DNA of 12,252 nucleotides from Candidatus Heimdallarchaeota archaeon. Lineage in GTDB: Archaea > Asgardarchaeota > Heimdallarchaeia > Heimdallarchaeales > Heimdallarchaeaceae. Shown here one piece after another: positions 7,177 to 12,252 of the stretch. Position numbers and translations under genes: made by a program. The notes under the pieces were generated by a model that was given only the letters and a program-made list of their open reading frames with translations, did no database searches and had not been told where the DNA came from. The stretch covers positions 1 through 12,252 of the forward strand of contig JAEOTE010000029.1 of the NCBI GenBank assembly GCA_016839945.1, given 5' to 3'. Each line of letters starts with the position of its first letter. Positions within the stretch are counted from its first letter, which is position 1.

Positions 7177-8462
7177 CAAGAATCAAAACCATTTTCTCAC
7201 AAAGATATTCACCTATGTTCAAAATGGTTATACAAGTATTGTTAATTTTCATTCTTATCACTCTACCTTTGAGTTTTAATATCACTAGTTCTAAACCACC
7301 TTATTCGATTAAAGATACTGGGCCTGGTGGTTTATCTATCTTTAGTGATCAACTACGTCAAGAAGGATATACTACTACTCGAACTATTTTATCAACCAAT
7401 CCTGTCAGAAATTTGCCCGATTCTTCAATTTTGGTGATTACAGGAGGTTCAAAACTCTATCAAGAAATAGAAATAATCGAAATCGATGCATTTGTAGCTC
7501 AAGGGGGAATTCTTTTGCTATTAACTGGGGGGAGACCAACTATTGAGCTAGCAAGATATTTCGGTGTCTATATCTCCTCTTCATTTGTTTTAGAAACAGA
7601 GTCTTACTACAAATCACCCGAAATAATACTAGTGGATTCTCCCTTTATTCAAAACTCTACTCTTTGTTTAGCTAGAACTCATGCAATAAGCTATGTTGCA
7701 GAAAATAGTCAGCAAAGAGAATTATTCGCAGTATCTACACAAAGTACGGCATTTATTGATGCAGATAATGATGGCATTTGGAGTGAAACAGGAGAACCAA
7801 CAGAACAGCTAAAAATTGCTACTGCATTTAGAAGAGGTTTAGGTGCTGTTATTATTGTGTCCTCACTTTCGTTTTTAACCAACGATTTATATGAAAAAGG
7901 CTTCGATAATATAGAGCTAGCTCTTTATGTTCTTAATTATTATTCATCAGGAAGCGAAAAGCTAGTATGTTTTGAGGAAAGTCATAAAAGATGGCCTTTT
8001 GCTTCAACTGATGGCATTATCAACCAATCATATGGAACTATCATTTTATTAACTAAAACAAAATTATTTGTATTTTTGATGGTTCTAATTATTCTTTTTC
8101 TATATTATTTATCTCCAAGATTCTCGGATATTTTTGGCATCACAAAAGAAACTTACAAACAATTTTTATCAGATAGAATATGGAGTAGGAAAAGAGAACT
8201 CTATGAGACATTTGGTTCTCCTGTAAAACCCACGGTTGAAGAGAAATATCTCTCAAGTTTGTATTTTCAATATGAATTATATCCAAATCATGCTTACAAT
8301 TTTTATCTTGAAGAGAAGCTGAGATATATACCAACACATTTATTCACATCTGAAGAAAAAGAGCTTCTAGAACAAGCTCTAAGAAAGAAACTAGATAATG
8401 AAACGTTTCTATCCCTTTTCTTTAAGCTAGAAGAAATTCAAAAAAGAGGTAGATTATTGTGA
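7173..8462 (+). CDS. DUF4350-like (GldG/GIFT-type) membrane-anchored protein
   Basis: N-terminal TM; YSIKDTGPGGLSIFSDQL; FVAQGGILLLL; GLGAVIIVSSLSFLTND; FEESH; second TM and cytoplasmic tail. ATGA overlap with the upstream gene; directly precedes MoxR. Confidence 0.75.
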   Translation: MTRIKTIFSQRYSPMFKMVIQVLLIFILITLPLSFNITSSKPPYSIKDTGPGGLSIFSDQLRQEGYTTTRTILSTNPVRNLPDSSILVITGGSKLYQEIEIIEIDAFVAQGGILLLLTGGRPTIELARYFGVYISSSFVLETESYYKSPEIILVDSPFIQNSTLCLARTHAISYVAENSQQRELFAVSTQSTAFIDADNDGIWSETGEPTEQLKIATAFRRGLGAVIIVSSLSFLTNDLYEKGFDNIELALYVLNYYSSGSEKLVCFEESHKRWPFASTDGIINQSYGTIILLTKTKLFVFLMVLIILFLYYLSPRFSDIFGITKETYKQFLSDRIWSRKRELYETFGSPVKPTVEEKYLSSLYFQYELYPNHAYNFYLEEKLRYIPTHLFTSEEKELLEQALRKKLDNETFLSLFFKLEEIQKRGRLL

Positions 8463-9403
8463 CACAAGTACAAGAAGCTAAAGATATTTTTGAAAAAATA
8501 ATGGAAGAAATGAAAAAAAGAATAGTAGGAAATGAAGCGGTGATGGAGCTTCTATTTGCATCACTTCTTAGTGGGGGGCATGTATTACTCGAAGGAGTAC
8601 CTGGTATCGCTAAAACACTTATGGCAAGTACTTTAGCAGAAGTCATTAAAATGGGTTTCAAAAGAATTCAGTTCACAAGCGATTTAATGCCTGCTGACAT
8701 TACAGGTGGAAACATATACGACAGAGAAACAAGTTCTTTTACATTTATTGAAGGACCAGTTTTTACCAATATACTTCTTACAGATGAAATCAACAGAAGT
8801 CCTCCAAAAACTCAATCAGCGTTACTAGAAGCCATGCAAGAAAAGCAAGTGTCATCTGGGAAAAAAACTTACAAACTTCCTAAACCATTCATGGTGATTG
8901 CAACACAAAACCCTATTGAGTCTACAGGAGTATATCCTTTACCTGAGGCACAAATAGATCGTTTTTTGGTTAAGATACCAGTATATCCACCAACTGTAGA
9001 TGGTGAAATAGACATGTTAGTAATGAAAAGAGAAAAGATGTTTGCAGATGTAGATTCCGTCACTAAGAAGGATACGATTTTGAAACTAGCTGATGAAGCT
9101 GAGAAAAGCGTGGTAGTAAGCAACCAAATTTTGGAATATATAGCAAAATTAGTGACCACAACTAGAACGATACCTTCCCTAGCTCTTGGAGCCAGTCCTA
9201 GAGGATCTATTGCACTTCTAACTTTGAGTAGATCAATAGCGGCAATTCGTGGAAGAGACTTTGTTGAACCTGACGATATAAAATCAATATTTTTCCCGAT
9301 AATGAACCACAGACTAATTCTCTCTCCAGAAGCTGAAATTGAACAAATAAAGGTAAGTGAAATAATTCAAAATATACTGTCTGAAGTAGAAGTTGTGATT
9401 TGA
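8459..9403 (+). CDS. moxR: MoxR-family AAA+ ATPase (MoxR-proper type)
   Basis: GHVLLEGVPGIAKT (Walker A, 8594-8617), RIQFTSDLMPADITG, LLTDEINRSPPKTQSALLEAMQE (Walker B), ATQNPIE..GVYPLPEAQIDRF, GASPRG, HRLIL. GTGA overlap with the upstream stop. Confidence 0.96.
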   Translation: MTQVQEAKDIFEKIMEEMKKRIVGNEAVMELLFASLLSGGHVLLEGVPGIAKTLMASTLAEVIKMGFKRIQFTSDLMPADITGGNIYDRETSSFTFIEGPVFTNILLTDEINRSPPKTQSALLEAMQEKQVSSGKKTYKLPKPFMVIATQNPIESTGVYPLPEAQIDRFLVKIPVYPPTVDGEIDMLVMKREKMFADVDSVTKKDTILKLADEAEKSVVVSNQILEYIAKLVTTTRTIPSLALGASPRGSIALLTLSRSIAAIRGRDFVEPDDIKSIFFPIMNHRLILSPEAEIEQIKVSEIIQNILSEVEVVI

Positions 9404-9429
9404 ATTCCTCTATTGAAGGATGTAAGTAA

Positions 9430-10812
9430 ATGAAAGAAGAGAAACACTTTGAATTAACGAGAAGTGGTAAAGCATTCATATTGCTAGGGAGTATTTTTGT
9501 TATAACAGGATTAGCCATTGATAACTATATGATAATAATCCCAGGGATTCTGTTCTTAGTAGTAATCTCTTCGACATTTGCAAATTTCTTAATATCACAA
9601 AAATTCAAGTTTGATGCTGAAATAAGTGTTTCCAAAGAATATCTGAGAAGTAGGGGATTACTTGCAGTTTCAGCTGTAGTTAATAATAATTCTAAGAAGA
9701 AGCTTCGTGTTAAAATTAAACTGGGTTCTTCTTATCACTTCAAAAGTATTAACATTCCTGAAACACTGTATGTAAAACTTAATCCTGAACAAAAAACAAG
9801 GCTAGTTTGGATTCTTCTTGCTGTAAGAAGAGGAAATGGTACAATTGGACCCATAGAAATTTCTCCAGGACCTTTTCAATTTCTTTTCACAAACAAACAA
9901 ATATTGAGGAAATTGATAAACATTAAAATCCTTCCACAAAGGCCTAGAATAAGCATACCATGGAAAACCAAAAAAGAATTACTCATGAAAATGGTACATG
10001 AATTTGCACAAAGAATTAAGGGAAGGGGGGATGAGTTTTTTGCTCTTAGAGATTATCTTCCTGGTGACGAAGTCAAGCACATCGAATGGTATGCTACAGC
10101 AAGACATGATAAACTTATAACTAAAGAGTATGAAGATGAAAGAAATCTCCATTTCCTAATATACTTAGATCTTGGGAGTACGATGTTTGGTCCTAAATTT
10201 GAGTACGCTCTATCTTCAATAGTTGAGCTCTCAACGTTAATAAAAGGAACAAATCATGACCTTGCAGTAATAGGATATTCAGATATGGTTAAACGTTTTA
10301 TTGTTCCACAAGTGGGCAAAAATGAATTAAGATTGATGCTAAATCTTTATGATATTGAAGCTGTTGGGGTTCAAAGTAATTTTCTTGAAGCAGTAAAGTT
10401 CACTAAATCTAATCAACTTCTCCATTCTATAACAATAATCTTTTCAGACCTAGAAGGTGATATAAGAAAAAAACTGAAAGGTATTCATTTATTACAATCT
10501 ATGGGGAGTAGAGTAATTTTTGTAAATTTCTCTACAATGGGTTTCAATATCTTATCATCACCAAGTTGGGTAATCAGTAAAACTCAAGACATGAATTATA
10601 GGGAAATCATGAATCATGTTTTTCCCAGTTTAGTAAAAGATGAATATAAAATACGGGAAAAGGAAGTTAGAAACGCTTTGTATGCGATAGGAGGAGATTA
10701 TATTGAGATGTTGGGTTACGAAGATAACATTATCCTTTCTCTATATAGACTTATGAAGAAATATTCACCAACTCAAAGAGTGTTGCAAGAAGCATTGGAG
10801 AGAAAGAGATGA
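9430..10812 (+). CDS. DUF58-family protein (N-terminal TM hairpin, beta-rich segment, vWA-like domain)
   Basis: DUF58 signature GRGDEFFALRDYLPGDEVKHIEWYATAR..KLITKEYEDE, followed by LIYLDLGSTM and IIFSDL. Directly downstream of moxR. Confidence 0.88.
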   Translation: MKEEKHFELTRSGKAFILLGSIFVITGLAIDNYMIIIPGILFLVVISSTFANFLISQKFKFDAEISVSKEYLRSRGLLAVSAVVNNNSKKKLRVKIKLGSSYHFKSINIPETLYVKLNPEQKTRLVWILLAVRRGNGTIGPIEISPGPFQFLFTNKQILRKLINIKILPQRPRISIPWKTKKELLMKMVHEFAQRIKGRGDEFFALRDYLPGDEVKHIEWYATARHDKLITKEYEDERNLHFLIYLDLGSTMFGPKFEYALSSIVELSTLIKGTNHDLAVIGYSDMVKRFIVPQVGKNELRLMLNLYDIEAVGVQSNFLEAVKFTKSNQLLHSITIIFSDLEGDIRKKLKGIHLLQSMGSRVIFVNFSTMGFNILSSPSWVISKTQDMNYREIMNHVFPSLVKDEYKIREKEVRNALYAIGGDYIEMLGYEDNIILSLYRLMKKYSPTQRVLQEALERKR

Positions 10813-11636
10813 GAATACGAGACAAAGTTTATGTTGAAGATTGGAAACAAACCATAATCACTGATCCAAGTTCTAAAATCATAGCATATGCACATCATTT
10901 ATTTGGTGCTTTAGCCATAATTTTGATTGTCATTCAATCTGCAATTACTTTGAATATTTTCATATTCTCTCTTTGGTTAGTTCTTGGTATTGTAATTCTG
11001 CTCTTAGATATTTTTGGAGGTAATAATGTAACACTTAAAGGTGAGTTGGGATATGGGATAATGTTTGTTTTGGGAACTGTTGTTTCTTTGATGTTAGGAA
11101 ATGTAAATTCAATGTTTTTCCCAGATACTCTTGGAAGAATTGATATAATACTTTTCCAAGTTTCAGCAGGAATATGTGTTTCTTTGCGGTTTTTAGTTTC
11201 ATTTTTCTACATCGAGTTTTTCACACAAGAATATGATTACATCATCCCTCAGTCTAATCATTCAAAGGAACAAATACAACTCTACAAAGAAAACCTAGTC
11301 AAAACTAATTTTGAACACATTGAAATCGAACAAATAGGAGTATTCCAGAAATGGTGGTCTCTATTTCAAAGATTTCTTTGGCCTATAGTAGTTATGATGA
11401 TACTAGTTATTTTCGCTGTTCTTTATTCTCTTCTAATCTATTTCATAATACCTGATGATGCAATTGCAGAGCTAGTTACACGTCCTTCGTTGATTGTAAT
11501 CGCTATTCTTTATACGATACTGTTAGTTAGAACAAATGCAATACTTCCAAAAATTCAGAAGCTAGAAAAATCAGAGATTGAGAACGAAACAGAAAATATA
11601 GAAGCTAATGAAGAAAAAGTGGAAATTCGTTCTTAA
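10809..11636 (+). CDS. Multi-pass membrane protein of unknown function
   Basis: 275 aa with about six hydrophobic segments (4 + loop + 2) and an acidic tail; ATGA overlap with the DUF58 stop. Confidence 0.75.
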   Translation: MRIRDKVYVEDWKQTIITDPSSKIIAYAHHLFGALAIILIVIQSAITLNIFIFSLWLVLGIVILLLDIFGGNNVTLKGELGYGIMFVLGTVVSLMLGNVNSMFFPDTLGRIDIILFQVSAGICVSLRFLVSFFYIEFFTQEYDYIIPQSNHSKEQIQLYKENLVKTNFEHIEIEQIGVFQKWWSLFQRFLWPIVVMMILVIFAVLYSLLIYFIIPDDAIAELVTRPSLIVIAILYTILLVRTNAILPKIQKLEKSEIENETENIEANEEKVEIRS

Positions 11637-11640
11637 GAAA

Positions 11641-12252
11641 TTAATCATTATTCTTTAGTTCTTCAATTGTTCTAGATTTTCCACACGATTTATCATTTTC
11701 TGGGCAATAGCCATAAAAATCGCAATAAGCTCCCAGATCTTTGAAGATAATCGGTGCTACTTTCTTTACTTCGTCTAACATCTTTTCTGCTAGTTTACGA
11801 ATCTCCCACTGAGATCTAGTGCATATTCTTCTGACAAAGAAGTCTACTAGACTGTGAGCATTCATAGATACAATAAGCTGAGTAGTAGTTGAATTTGGTA
11901 AAACATATCTTGCATCTTCTTTTGTGATTCCATTCTCGGTCATTTTTTGATATAAAGAGAGATTTTGTTTAATCATTTCTCTGTATTCATCTGCAAAAAT
12001 GGACTTCTCTATAGAATTTGGAACAACATACTCGAAATTCTCTGCGTTTACATATCGTTGAGACTGTTGGGAAAAACTAGCTATCCTTTTTCTGACTAAT
12101 TGATGACTACACGATCTACTTATTCCAGAAATATAAAACACAAAAACATTATGTTCAATTATGGACATGTGTCCATTCTTTACTATCTTTCTAAGATATT
12201 TTTCAGGTTTCATCTCAGCACTACTTTTTATACCTTCTAAAGTGCTCTCCCC
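11641..12252 (-). CDS. thyX: FAD-dependent thymidylate synthase ThyX (5'-truncated by the window edge)
   Basis: GHMSIIEH, GISRSCSHQLVRKRIASFSQQSQRYV, KEDARYVLP, SQWEIR and the C-terminal C..YGYCPE..SCG. The frame stays open upstream of ATG 12213 to the edge (GESTLEGIKSSAEM...). Confidence 0.93.
   Translation of the reverse strand, partial: GESTLEGIKSSAEMKPEKYLRKIVKNGHMSIIEHNVFVFYISGISRSCSHQLVRKRIASFSQQSQRYVNAENFEYVVPNSIEKSIFADEYREMIKQNLSLYQKMTENGITKEDARYVLPNSTTTQLIVSMNAHSLVDFFVRRICTRSQWEIRKLAEKMLDEVKKVAPIIFKDLGAYCDFYGYCPENDKSCGKSRTIEELKNND

Noticed and set aside
8140-9518. Minus-strand ORFs 8140-8337, 8422-8661, 8869-9159 and 9207-9518
   Set aside because: Antisense shadows of the DUF4350-like, moxR and DUF58 genes.
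8459-10812. MoxR pair as RavA-ViaA, CbbQ/NorQ-type activase or an anti-phage system
   Set aside because: Motifs (RIQFTxDLMPxD, DEINRxxPKTQSALLEAM) and the DUF58 neighbour fit MoxR-proper; no nuclease, toxin or enzyme client gene is visible.
1-12252. CRISPR array, tRNA/rRNA, IS element or intein
   Set aside because: All intergenic gaps are under about 180 nt and AT-rich, with no spaced direct repeats, GC-rich stems, transposase motifs or unexplained in-frame insertions.

Overview
AT-rich, gene-dense window that looks archaeal: F420 genes, TATA-like boxes, pyrimidine-rich terminator tracts, AGGTG Shine-Dalgarno motifs. An Asgard/Heimdallarchaeia-like origin is only my impression, not a search result. 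Plus strand, in order: the 3' end of a CBS-domain protein with a C-terminal HPF/RaiA-like domain (candidate ribosome hibernation factor); a stand-alone F420-binding FrhB/FpoF-family Fe-S protein next to cofE; a helical-repeat protein with alpha-SNAP-like repeats; an 83-aa membrane protein; then a tightly coupled seven-gene, ~7.9-kb membrane-associated operon. The operon encodes a PrsW-family intramembrane protease fused to zinc ribbons, a multi-TM protein with a 4-Cys tail, a DUF4129-like protein, a DUF4350/GIFT-like protein, a MoxR AAA+ ATPase, a DUF58/vWA-like protein and another multi-TM protein. A convergent, 5'-truncated thyX with RKR in place of the usual RHR motif closes the window. No RNA genes, CRISPR arrays or mobile elements were seen. 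The best candidate for an undescribed system is the PrsW-headed MoxR operon. All family assignments come from motif recognition by eye.
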